DNA of 64,000 nucleotides from a virus: the IMG/VR virus record IMGVR_UViG_3300023174_000138, positions 1-64,000 of that record; one strand, 5' to 3'. A model generated the notes under the pieces. It worked only from the letters and a program-made list of their open reading frames with translations. It was not told the origin of the DNA and did not search any database. Positions 1 to 9,234 of this stretch are shown here, piece by piece. The position numbers and the translations under genes are program-made. How positions within the stretch are numbered: the first letter of the stretch is position 1; each line of letters starts with the position of its first letter.

Positions 1-11
1 AAGTCAAAAAA

Positions 12-73
12 TTGCATAATGGTATCCATATTGTATAATATTTTATTGCTTCCGTAAAGAAATCAATTATTAT
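12..73 (+). promoter_or_regulatory. Two tandem sigma70-like early promoters upstream of DNA polymerase
   Basis: TTGCAT(12-17)-N16-TATAAT(34-39) and TTGCTT(46-51)-N16-TATTAT(68-73); the ATG at 81 lies 7 nt after the second -10. Confidence 0.6.
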
Positions 74-80
74 ATATTTA

Positions 81-2669
81 ATGATAGGCTACAGAAATAT
101 TGCATATGATCCGAGACAAGAGCTAATACGTCTTTTTACCTGGGATTCTACAGGTAAGAGAGTAGCTATTGACTCTACTTTTCACCCTTATATTTTTCTC
201 GAGAGCAATAACTCTTCTGACGCCATTAGTATTTTTAACACCAAGCTAAAAAAGAAAACGTTTCGGAATCAATTTGAAAAGTCAAAATTTTTGGCTGATA
301 TTAATACACCGCGAGTGTTTGAAAACCTATCACCGGCACAACAGTTTCTTATAGATAATTTCTGGCAAGTCAATGAGACGCCAGAATTTTCACAGTTTCC
401 TCTAAAGCTATATTTTCTTGACATCGAAACTTATTCTGTAGATGACTTCCCTAATATTGAGACTGCAAACCACCCTATCAATATTATTACAATATATGAC
501 TCTCTGGCAAAAAAATTTATTACCTGGGGAACAAAACCATATCATACTATTGCTGAGGATCAAACATATTTTTATTGTAAGACGGAAAGAGAGATGCTTG
601 AACGTTTCATAAGGCATATTGAAAATGATTACCCCGATGTTTTACTAGGTTGGAATTCAGTACTCTTTGATTTACCTTATCTTATTAACAGGATAAGAGG
701 CATGTTCGATGACGCTACGGTTGCGAGATTGAGCCCTATGCAACGCGTTCATAGCCGTAGTTTACGTGGTCAGTTTGGTAAAGAGCAAATTAGATGGTAT
801 ATAGACGGTATATCATGCTTGGACTATCTAGATATCTATAAACGTTTTTGTTTAACGTTAAGGGAAAATTATAAACTGGACAATATTGCTAAAATAGAGC
901 TTGGAGAGAAAAAAGTTGATTATGGTGAAACCAACTTAAGCAGCCTTGCTGATAAGGATTGGAAAACATTTGTTGAGTATAATATTCAAGACGTGCGTCT
1001 ACTTGTTAAGCTAGAAGAAAAGTTACAATATTTTCAGTTGTTGCGCATGCTCAGTTACACCGGGCTTACATCTATGGAAGCGGCCATGGGTAGTATGAGT
1101 GTTATTATTGGTGCATGTGCTATACGCGCTAGATATAGAAATAAAAAAATTCCCACGTTTATTAGAGGCGCAGATGACGGTAAGCAAAACGAAGGAGCAT
1201 ATGTGAGTGAACCTAAGAGAGGATTTCAGAAAAATGTTGTTAGTTTCGACGCTAACAGTCTATATCCTTCAGTCATGATAACGCTTAACCTATCGCCAGA
1301 AACTAAAATGGGTGTAATAGAGTCACAAACAAAAGACGAAGTAACTATTCGTGACGTTAACAACAACACAGTCACATTACCTATGGCAAAATTTGCTACT
1401 TTGGTACAACAAGAGAAGCTAAGTCTAAGTAAAGCTAAGGTCCTCTTCAGTCAGAAGCACAAAGGTATTATACCAGAAATGGTTGATCAGTATTACAAAT
1501 ATCGCGTGCAGGTTCGAAAGGATTTAAACAAAGCAAAAAGACTGCTAACAACGCTAGAAAAAGGCACTAAGGAATATCTTAAAACAAAAGATGAAATCAA
1601 TGTACTGAATATCAAACAACATACTATAAAAATTTTTATTAATACAGTGTATGGTGCTTTAGGCAATAAAGTCTTCCCGCTAGGTGATGATGATCTTGCA
1701 AGAAGTATCACCCTTACAGGTCAATCTGTTATTAAGCAAGGTAATATAATACTTTCAAATTATATTAAGGAGAAAGCCGGATTAACGGATGAACAAATTA
1801 AAATTGACCCGCCTATTATATACAATGATACCGATTCCGTTTATATAACATTGCATAATTTAATTAAAAATACGGACTTAAAATTCTTAGACAGTAAAGG
1901 AAAAATTACACAAGAGTTTTATAAGGAAGTTGAAAATATTGAGCAGTATCTGAATACGCATATAAAAAATTGGTGCGAGAAATCCCTTAATAGCCAAGAC
2001 AGTAGAATTATTTTTAAGCGTGAAGCTATTTGTGATGTAGGTGTTTTTTTACAAAAGAAAAGATATGTTATTCATATTCTTGATGAAGAAGGTATACCCA
2101 CAGAAAAGTTTAAGTATACAGGTGTAGAAATCGCTAGAACGACAATGCCTGCCCCTATTAAACCATTAGCTAAGAAAATCGTTGAAACAATGCTACTGAC
2201 ACAAGACCAGTCTAAAACAGGTCAAGTTATTTCAGATACATATGAACTGTTTAAAACTTTACCTGTTAGCGATATATCATTTGTTACTGGTCTAAAGGGT
2301 TACGAGAAATATTCACATCGATGCGATGGCTTTAAGACTGTAAAATCGATGCCATTACACGTTAAAGCTGCATATATGCATAATCTACTATTAGAGCATT
2401 TTAATATCGATAAAAAATATGAGAAAATCGGTTCTGGCGATAAAATAAGATATTTTTATGTCAAGCAACCTAACAAATATAACATTAGTGCAATTGCGTA
2501 CAAATATTATTATCCAGAAGAGTTTGTAGCAGTATTTGAACCAGATCACGATATGATGTTTGACAAAATTATCTATAGTGCTGTTGAGCGTTTTTATGAG
2601 GCTGTTAATTGGACCCCTAAAAAACCAGGTGAAGCATTGCAATGCGATTTATTTTCACTTTTAAGTTAA
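81..2669 (+). CDS. gp43: Family B DNA polymerase (T4 gp43-like)
   Basis: Exonuclease motifs DIET, WNSVLFDLPY, YNIQD; polymerase motifs SFDANSLYPS, KIFINTVYG, YNDTDS, KKRY. Confidence 0.97.
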   Translation: MIGYRNIAYDPRQELIRLFTWDSTGKRVAIDSTFHPYIFLESNNSSDAISIFNTKLKKKTFRNQFEKSKFLADINTPRVFENLSPAQQFLIDNFWQVNETPEFSQFPLKLYFLDIETYSVDDFPNIETANHPINIITIYDSLAKKFITWGTKPYHTIAEDQTYFYCKTEREMLERFIRHIENDYPDVLLGWNSVLFDLPYLINRIRGMFDDATVARLSPMQRVHSRSLRGQFGKEQIRWYIDGISCLDYLDIYKRFCLTLRENYKLDNIAKIELGEKKVDYGETNLSSLADKDWKTFVEYNIQDVRLLVKLEEKLQYFQLLRMLSYTGLTSMEAAMGSMSVIIGACAIRARYRNKKIPTFIRGADDGKQNEGAYVSEPKRGFQKNVVSFDANSLYPSVMITLNLSPETKMGVIESQTKDEVTIRDVNNNTVTLPMAKFATLVQQEKLSLSKAKVLFSQKHKGIIPEMVDQYYKYRVQVRKDLNKAKRLLTTLEKGTKEYLKTKDEINVLNIKQHTIKIFINTVYGALGNKVFPLGDDDLARSITLTGQSVIKQGNIILSNYIKEKAGLTDEQIKIDPPIIYNDTDSVYITLHNLIKNTDLKFLDSKGKITQEFYKEVENIEQYLNTHIKNWCEKSLNSQDSRIIFKREAICDVGVFLQKKRYVIHILDEEGIPTEKFKYTGVEIARTTMPAPIKPLAKKIVETMLLTQDQSKTGQVISDTYELFKTLPVSDISFVTGLKGYEKYSHRCDGFKTVKSMPLHVKAAYMHNLLLEHFNIDKKYEKIGSGDKIRYFYVKQPNKYNISAIAYKYYYPEEFVAVFEPDHDMMFDKIIYSAVERFYEAVNWTPKKPGEALQCDLFSLLS

Positions 2670-2675
2670 AAGGGG

Positions 2676-2705
2676 TTGATTTTTAAAAAATATCATATAT
2701 ATTAT
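2676..2705 (+). promoter_or_regulatory. sigma70-like early promoter
   Basis: TTGATT(2676-2681)-N16-TATATT(2698-2703); ATG at 2710. Confidence 0.55.
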
Positions 2706-2709
2706 ACAT

Positions 2710-3069
2710 ATGAACGATATTATTGTATTTGTAAATCACGTAGGTCAAACTCTTCTTGCTGAAAAAGTAGAAGAAACATCAAAACTTCTTAAAGTTAAGA
2801 ATCCAGCTATTTTGCATGTGACGCCTAACCAGGGCGGTCAGTTGCAGGTCCAGTTGGTTCCGTATTTCTTTAGAGAATTTATTGATGCTTCTGCTAGAAA
2901 AAATGGTGCCATTTTCAACTTTGATAAAGACAAAGTTGTTACAACTGAGATTGTATTGGAGCCTAAGCTCAACGAACAATACAATCGTATCTTCTCTGAC
3001 GCTCCAGTGCCGACGGCTCCGACGGCTGCCGGGAGCGAACCATCGGTTATTAAGCTGTTTGACGAATGA
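2710..3069 (+). CDS. Conserved T4-like phage hypothetical protein (possibly Sm-like fold)
   Basis: 119-aa ORF with its own promoter; stop overlaps the uvsX ATG (ATGA); beta-rich N-terminus with KNPAIL..LVPY pattern typical of small T4-like hypotheticals. Confidence 0.7.
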   Translation: MNDIIVFVNHVGQTLLAEKVEETSKLLKVKNPAILHVTPNQGGQLQVQLVPYFFREFIDASARKNGAIFNFDKDKVVTTEIVLEPKLNEQYNRIFSDAPVPTAPTAAGSEPSVIKLFDE

Positions 3070-4160
3070 AGCAAGACGATCTTTTGTCGAAGGCATTTAA
3101 GACACTAGATGCTCTTAACCCTGAGGCTACGTTTTTATCAGAGAATGCTCTCTGTAATGTAGATACTTGGTATGATACCGGGTGTTATGCATTAAACGCT
3201 ATTGTTTCTGGTAAACTAAAAGATGGCGGTATACCGAAAGGCCGTATAACTATTTTTGCTGGTCCATCGCAGACAGGTAAAACGTTATTGGTTAATAAAA
3301 TTCTGGGTATTGCTCAAAAGAAAGGCATTATACCAGTAATCTTTGATACAGAGTTTGCTATTGATAAGAATACCACGGCAGGCGTTGGTTTGGATCCTGA
3401 CAAGACAAAGTATGTACCAGTCTTTACTATAGAAAATGCCCGTAATCAGATTAGCACGTTCCTTGATAGTATTGTAGAAAATAATCTGCAAGGTAAATTT
3501 ATTATTAGTCTAGATAGTCTGGGTAATCTTGCTGGTAGTAAAGAAGTAACAGATGTTGAGAAAGATAAGAGCGCAGCTGACATGGGCACTAGAGCTAAAG
3601 GGTTAAAGAGTATGTTGAGACTACTAACATACAAGGCAGGCCGCGCTGGTGTACCTATTTTAATGACCAACCACACGTATAGTGACCCGGCTTCTTTATA
3701 CCCGTCTTTGGTGCAAAATCAAAGCGGTGGCAGCGGTCCGCTCTATATGGCCAGTGTAATAGTGCAGCTGGCTAAGAAAAATGAAAAGCAAGAGAGTGAT
3801 GAAGAAGCTATTTTACCTGAAGCTAGGAATTATAGCGGGGTTACGTTGAGGGCGCTGACGGTTAAGAATAGATTCGTACCTCCTTTTTTAGAAGCTAGTA
3901 TTAATTTAAATTATTTAACTGGTCTCGACAAGTATAGTGGGTTGCTCGAGATGGCTGTTAACCATGGTCTTATTATTCAGACTGGTTCTACTTACACCAA
4001 GCCAGACGGTACAAAGTTAGGATATGCAAAGAGCTTTACTAAAGATAAAAAGTTCTATGAAGAGCTTATTCCGCTTCTTGATAAGAAGCTTGAAGCAACT
4101 TACAAGTACGGTAATGTAGCCGATATGACTGGTGAGGTGATTGGTGGAAAAGAAGAGTAA
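3066..4160 (+). CDS. uvsX: RecA-like recombinase UvsX
   Basis: Walker A GPSQTGKT, DTE, LDSLGNL, DMGTRAK, TNHTY, SGGSG, KNRF. Confidence 0.95.
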   Translation: MKQDDLLSKAFKTLDALNPEATFLSENALCNVDTWYDTGCYALNAIVSGKLKDGGIPKGRITIFAGPSQTGKTLLVNKILGIAQKKGIIPVIFDTEFAIDKNTTAGVGLDPDKTKYVPVFTIENARNQISTFLDSIVENNLQGKFIISLDSLGNLAGSKEVTDVEKDKSAADMGTRAKGLKSMLRLLTYKAGRAGVPILMTNHTYSDPASLYPSLVQNQSGGSGPLYMASVIVQLAKKNEKQESDEEAILPEARNYSGVTLRALTVKNRFVPPFLEASINLNYLTGLDKYSGLLEMAVNHGLIIQTGSTYTKPDGTKLGYAKSFTKDKKFYEELIPLLDKKLEATYKYGNVADMTGEVIGGKEE

Positions 4161-4653
4161 TCTAAGGATAGGTTTTAATTGCAGCTCATTTGACCTGTTG
4201 CATGCTGGACATGTAACAATGTTAAAAATGGAGAAACAGCTGTGTGATTATTTGATAGCAGCATTACAGATTGACCCAACCATAGATCGCCCTGGTATTA
4301 AGAATAAACCAATTCAAAGTTGCTATGAGCGCTACGTACAGTTACAAGCTTGTAAGTATGTTGATGAAATATTAGTTTATGAAACTGAGTTTGATCTACT
4401 TCAATTAATTAAAACACAGGCTATGCATATTCGTTTTTTGAGTGAAGAATATAAAGATAGAGATTTTACTGGGAAGCAATACTGCCTTGACAATAATATA
4501 GAACTGTATTATCATAAGCGGCAACATATATATTCCTCTAGTGAGCTTAGGGCCCGTACAGCTAAATTTGAAAGCTTAACGGAGAGAGATAGCAATATTA
4601 TTGCACCGCTGCAGTATTCACCGGAGCTTGTTAAAACAACACATGAGCCCTAG
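4141..4653 (+). CDS. HxGH cytidylyltransferase (glycerol-3-phosphate cytidylyltransferase/TagD-like)
   Basis: SSFDLLHAGH, ER..QL.ACKYVDE, YSSSELR; the start may be GTG at 4144. Confidence 0.88.
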   Translation: MVEKKSNLRIGFNCSSFDLLHAGHVTMLKMEKQLCDYLIAALQIDPTIDRPGIKNKPIQSCYERYVQLQACKYVDEILVYETEFDLLQLIKTQAMHIRFLSEEYKDRDFTGKQYCLDNNIELYYHKRQHIYSSSELRARTAKFESLTERDSNIIAPLQYSPELVKTTHEP

Positions 4654-5383
4654 AGTTGTAGTACCAATTTCAGGCGGTATGGATAGTACTGTCATTTTAT
4701 ACAAAGCCGTTGAGCAATTTGGCCCGGGGAATGTATATGGGTTGTCATACGATTATGGTCAACGACACAAAAGAGAATTAAAATTAGCAAAATACCATAT
4801 TGAAAAATTAAAAGTAGAGAAATGGTCAATTATAGATACAACTTTTATTAAAAAACTAGCACCTACAAGCAGTCTAACTAACGATAATATTGATACACCC
4901 GATATAAGACAAATCGCGGGCGAGGCACAACCTAAGTCGTATGTTCCTAATAGAAATATGATTTTTTTGAGCATTGCTGCTTCGTATGCAGAAGCAGTTG
5001 GCGCAAGCGTGGTGTATCACGGCGCGACTAAGGTTGATAGTTTAGCTGGCTACTGGGATGCTAGTCCAGAATTTCTACCAACTATTAACAGTGTATTAGC
5101 TCTTAATAGAGAAATTAGAATTAGTATAGAAGCCCCGTTAATAAAAATGGATAAGGCTGATATTGTAAAAGAGGGTATTAGACTGAAAGTACCGTTTAGC
5201 AAAACATATACGTGTTATTCTGGTGAAAATTTGAGCGATGCAAATTCACCTAGCAGTGCATTGCGTATCAAAGGATTTGCAAAAGCTGGTTATATAGACC
5301 CTCTTAAATATAGACAAGATTTAAGCAATGTATGGGAAAAGTATAATTGTAGATTAATTGACTACGACACATATAATAATTAA
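4643..5383 (+). CDS. queC: QueC-family ATP pyrophosphatase (7-cyano-7-deazaguanine synthase-like), divergent
   Basis: SGGMDS PP-loop, YDYGQRH, SYVPNRNMIFLS, KADIV, TYTCY. Start adjusted to ATG 4643 (MSPRVVVP), overlapping the upstream gene. Zn-cysteines are largely missing. Confidence 0.88.
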   Translation: MSPRVVVPISGGMDSTVILYKAVEQFGPGNVYGLSYDYGQRHKRELKLAKYHIEKLKVEKWSIIDTTFIKKLAPTSSLTNDNIDTPDIRQIAGEAQPKSYVPNRNMIFLSIAASYAEAVGASVVYHGATKVDSLAGYWDASPEFLPTINSVLALNREIRISIEAPLIKMDKADIVKEGIRLKVPFSKTYTCYSGENLSDANSPSSALRIKGFAKAGYIDPLKYRQDLSNVWEKYNCRLIDYDTYNN

Positions 5384-6058
5384 ATGTGTGGTATTTTTGG
5401 AGCGACTGAAAGAGAGCAATTTCTCACCCTCTACGAATTAAACCAAAAGAGAGGCAATTTTGCCACATCGCTCTGCTTTGTTAATAAGAAAGGCGATATG
5501 CATATTCATCGCTGGAGCGGCGTCATAGATACTCGGCAAATTAAAAAAACTCTAGATAATACAGAAGAAGAAATTGTTATGCTTGTCGGTCATACACAAG
5601 CACCTACTTCCTCAAAAAGAAAGTATTCTGCAGAAACTGCTCACCCTTTTAACGTACAAAACTATACAATAGCACATAATGGGGTTTTATCTAATTTTAA
5701 TGATTTGAAGGAAATGTTTGACCCTAAATGGAAGAATCCTGTTGATAGTAGTATTATACCTTTTATGTGTACAATGTATGAAGAAGAATTTCCAAACAGT
5801 GAAAGTATAGAAGCAATTACACATACACTAGGCAAACTAGAGGGTACGTTTGGATTATGGATATATGAATCTACACACAATACGATGTATCTTGCAAGAT
5901 GCGGCAGCACTTTATTTGCTAATAAAATAGAAAATAGTTTTAGTAGTGTAAAATTTAAAAACTCTGAAGCTCTGGACGAAGGGTGCTTATATCAATCGAC
6001 ACCTGAAGGAATTACAGCTGTGGGTATGTTTGATTGTGACAGTCCGTTCTTTACTTAA
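5384..6058 (+). CDS. Class II (Ntn) glutamine amidotransferase
   Basis: N-terminal MCGIFG (Cys2 nucleophile), RG, GHTQAPT, HPF, AHNGVL, VDS; ATG directly abuts the queC stop (TAAATG). Confidence 0.9.
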   Translation: MCGIFGATEREQFLTLYELNQKRGNFATSLCFVNKKGDMHIHRWSGVIDTRQIKKTLDNTEEEIVMLVGHTQAPTSSKRKYSAETAHPFNVQNYTIAHNGVLSNFNDLKEMFDPKWKNPVDSSIIPFMCTMYEEEFPNSESIEAITHTLGKLEGTFGLWIYESTHNTMYLARCGSTLFANKIENSFSSVKFKNSEALDEGCLYQSTPEGITAVGMFDCDSPFFT

Positions 6059-6903
6059 TCGCCAAAGCTAAATCCGCCAGCGTCAACACCTCTGCCTCTG
6101 CCCATCATTCCTAGTTCCCGGGCAACCGTACCTGCGTCGTCTGTCTCTGGATAATCTTCTATTGTATCCACTTCACCCGAACCTTCGCCTTCTGCAGATT
6201 GTTTTTCTACTTGCTTTTCCTTTAGTACTCCTGCTTGCTTAAGAATATCTATTAAATCATAAGATTTTATCTTTAATTGCTGATCTCTTGGAAGCCCCGG
6301 GGCTTCATTATATTCTTTCACAGCATTTTTTAGCACACTTAAAATCTCTGTCTCATGTACATCTTCATCGGGGAGACTAAACACTAATGTTTTTAATTTC
6401 TTGTCTGTTAAAGGAACGGATTTATCTATCTCGAAAACTGTTTCTGTCTTAACAGGCTTTACTGGCGGTGTAGCTTTTGCACCGTCTTCTACTGCTTTTT
6501 CAACTTCTTTTGGTTGCGCTACTGTGTAACCGTGTTCATCAATATCAATCACGTCAAGCAAATTACTTACAATTCTTGCTGTATATCCCGCGGCAGTGCT
6601 ACCAATCTTTAACTCACCCCTTAACAATTCAATTAGTTCTGCTTTAAATTTGTCTCTAGACCCTGGATAATACAACTTATATTCAACGCCGTTAGATATA
6701 TGTGTAACGGGTTTAAATAATTTTGTCTCAATTGTGCGAATTAAAACATCAATTTTTTCGTCAGGTAACCCCTTTAGACCATAGCCCCCGCCTGCCCCTT
6801 GACGTGGATCTGACTTAAATTTTAACTTATCAACAGCATATTTGGCCATTTCATCTAAATGTTTAGAGTACGCTTCAAAAATTAACTTTGTATCTAAGTC
6901 CAT
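6055..6903 (-). CDS. Hypothetical late protein, candidate internal head protein
   Basis: 282 aa; AATAAATA late motif 10 nt upstream; N-terminus DTKLIFEAY..LDE. Confidence 0.75.
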   Translation of the reverse strand: MDLDTKLIFEAYSKHLDEMAKYAVDKLKFKSDPRQGAGGGYGLKGLPDEKIDVLIRTIETKLFKPVTHISNGVEYKLYYPGSRDKFKAELIELLRGELKIGSTAAGYTARIVSNLLDVIDIDEHGYTVAQPKEVEKAVEDGAKATPPVKPVKTETVFEIDKSVPLTDKKLKTLVFSLPDEDVHETEILSVLKNAVKEYNEAPGLPRDQQLKIKSYDLIDILKQAGVLKEKQVEKQSAEGEGSGEVDTIEDYPETDDAGTVARELGMMGRGRGVDAGGFSFGD

Positions 6904-6908
6904 AGTAC

Positions 6909-6936
6909 TTGATTATTTATTAGAAAACACTATAAT
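6909..6936. promoter_or_regulatory. Overlapping divergent promoters (early +, late -)
   Basis: + strand TTGATT(6909-14)-N16-TATAAT(6931-36), ATG at 6944; - strand AATAAATA(6914-21) lies in its spacer. Confidence 0.65.
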
Positions 6937-6943
6937 TTCATGA

Positions 6944-7594
6944 ATGATAGGTGTTTTTTCGATTAGTCCATTAGAAAAGAACTGTTTATTAGAGCGTACA
7001 CTACCTAAGAACAGCAATCTAGAGCTCAATATACTTTATAATAATAAAGATATAGGGTTAAGTAAGTTTTATAATAGCGTTATAAACAACCAGGAGAATG
7101 ACAAGTATGAGGCTATAATTTGTTGTCATGATGATATTTCTCTGAGATTTGCAAACCTAACCGCAGCGGCAAAAGATTCGCTTATTAATTACGATGTAGT
7201 TGGTGTTGCAGGTGGTGTAAACCCTAAGATTGTAGAAAGAAATTTATGGCATTGGATGGTTCAACGTGATGAATATAGAGGTATTGCTGCGCACGGTGAT
7301 AAGTTGGAAAATATGTACGTAACATCGTTCGGTAATACACCTGCAAATGTGCAGGTACTTGACGGTGTCTTTTTAATGTTTAGACCGAAAAGACTGAGAG
7401 AGTCAAACGCGAGATTTGATGAGTCGTTTATATGGCATCATTATGATATAGATTTTTCCTTGACTTGTAATAAACAAGGCGTTAAACTAGGTGTATGGCC
7501 TATTCTTATCTATCATCAAAGCCCAGGATTGAGAGATATAAACGATCCTAAGTGGGTAAAGAGTAATGATTACTTTAAATTAAAATGGAAGTAG
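6944..7594 (+). CDS. GT2-like glycosyltransferase (Glyco_tranf_2_5-type)
   Basis: YN..I, CCHDD (DxD-like), VVGVAG, VLDGVFL, FDE.F.WHHYDIDFSL, HQSPG. Confidence 0.8.
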   Translation: MIGVFSISPLEKNCLLERTLPKNSNLELNILYNNKDIGLSKFYNSVINNQENDKYEAIICCHDDISLRFANLTAAAKDSLINYDVVGVAGGVNPKIVERNLWHWMVQRDEYRGIAAHGDKLENMYVTSFGNTPANVQVLDGVFLMFRPKRLRESNARFDESFIWHHYDIDFSLTCNKQGVKLGVWPILIYHQSPGLRDINDPKWVKSNDYFKLKWK

Positions 7595-8922
7595 AAAAAA
7601 AGAAAAATTTAGATCTAGATTTTTACGAGACAGTTATTGCTTATAATAGTTTAACTAGCTCGAGTTATTTAGCGTCTATTATAGATTCGCTCGAGACTAG
7701 ATTTTTTAAAAATAAAGATATTAAAAATATCGTCTCAATAATAATTAAATTTTTTCAAGAGAGAGGGAATGTACCTACTCACACCGAGGTTAAAACATAT
7801 CTAGTTAATGACGAACTTAAGCAAAGCTTTAAAACCGTGGTAAATAGCTTTGTTGATGTAGATAAAAAATTTGATAAGAACGAACTAGTAGAAAATACGG
7901 AATTATTTTTAAAAGAAAAAGCTGTTTATCATGCTCTGCTAGACGCGGCTGATAAGTTAGATTCAAAGCAGCTTAATACAGCAGAACTTTTAACAAAAAT
8001 AGAGAGGGCTGTAGGTATTAATCTATCACAGCATATGGGAATAGAATTATTTGAGGACATTGATGTTTTTATTAATGATCTTCATAGCGAGGAGCCTCAT
8101 ATTAAAACAGGTTGGAAATGGCTGGATAGCCGGTTAGGTGGCGGTTTTCTAGAAAACGGAAGGGCTCTTTACGTATTTGCAGGTGAAACTAACGTAGGTA
8201 AAAGTATATTTTTAGGAAATATTGCTACTAATATAGCTCTTAACGGTAAGACTGTACTATTAATTTCTTTAGAAATGAGTGAAATGATGTATGCAAGACG
8301 GTTGTCTTCTGTTATAACTAGTATTCCTCTTAGTCATTTAAAAGCGGAGTCAGATAATCTCAAGCAATTAATAACTCAGATTGCCTCGGGTAAAAAATCT
8401 AAAATTATAATTAAGGAATTTCCTCCCTCCACATTAACCCCGTATCAATTAAAGGCTTTTATAAAGAAATTAATTCAAAAAGGCATTAAACCGGATGCTG
8501 TTGTTTTAGACTATTTAAACTTATTACACAGCCCTATCGGGAACAATAGTTATGAAAGAGTGTTACATGCTGCTCAACAGACCCGTGCGTTAAGCTATGA
8601 ACTCAACTGCCCCATAATTTCCGCAACACAGCTAAATAGATCTGGCTACAACGTTGACAACCCCGGGTTAGAGACAATATCAGAAAGTATTGGCTTGGCC
8701 ACTACTGCGGATGCTATTATATCTATTTGGCAAAAAGACGAGGATAAAGAACTTGGCACAATTAATATAGGAATGACAAAGAATAGATTTGGCCCTAATT
8801 TCGGTAGTATTGCTTTAAAGATTGATTATAATACATTACAGATCACTGAAGACGACACAATTAATGAAAGTGAAGAGGCTAGAGAATTCACAAAGACATT
8901 ATCGGTATTAAGCGGGCCGTGA
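7585..8922 (+). CDS. gp41: DnaB-like replicative helicase (gp41)
   Basis: AGETNVGKS, SLEMSE, IIKEFP, VLDYLNL, SATQLNRSG, SES, KNRFG. Confidence 0.95.
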   Translation: MEVEKKKNLDLDFYETVIAYNSLTSSSYLASIIDSLETRFFKNKDIKNIVSIIIKFFQERGNVPTHTEVKTYLVNDELKQSFKTVVNSFVDVDKKFDKNELVENTELFLKEKAVYHALLDAADKLDSKQLNTAELLTKIERAVGINLSQHMGIELFEDIDVFINDLHSEEPHIKTGWKWLDSRLGGGFLENGRALYVFAGETNVGKSIFLGNIATNIALNGKTVLLISLEMSEMMYARRLSSVITSIPLSHLKAESDNLKQLITQIASGKKSKIIIKEFPPSTLTPYQLKAFIKKLIQKGIKPDAVVLDYLNLLHSPIGNNSYERVLHAAQQTRALSYELNCPIISATQLNRSGYNVDNPGLETISESIGLATTADAIISIWQKDEDKELGTINIGMTKNRFGPNFGSIALKIDYNTLQITEDDTINESEEAREFTKTLSVLSGP

Positions 8923-8967
8923 TTTTTAGTTTACTGATCATAAATTCATACAGCCTTAAAGGTTTAT

Positions 8968-9234
8968 ATGAATTTCAACAATATTCAACACGAAGAGGCA
9001 GATCATCTTTTTCGTTCGTATTGTAGTTTTGTTTGCATTGCATACAACAAGAAGTATAATCTAGCCAATATATTGCTTCTGTTTCTACAGAATAAAAGTT
9101 TGAAATCTCTATTTAAATCGTTGCTTGATGTTGAAAGTGATGTACTAGCAGTTAGAATGTTTTTAGAGTTTGATCCTTCACTATGTAAAAGCAAATACAT
9201 AATGAAGTATTTGAATTCTCATAAACCTAAATGA
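8968..9234 (+). CDS. Hypothetical protein
   Basis: 88-aa ORF; stop overlaps the next ATG (ATGA). Confidence 0.65.
   Translation: MNFNNIQHEEADHLFRSYCSFVCIAYNKKYNLANILLLFLQNKSLKSLFKSLLDVESDVLAVRMFLEFDPSLCKSKYIMKYLNSHKPK

Noticed and set aside
4643-6058. Qat or CBASS-type QueC anti-phage system
   Set aside because: No ATPase, TatD or cyclase partners are adjacent, and the context is a phage replication module.
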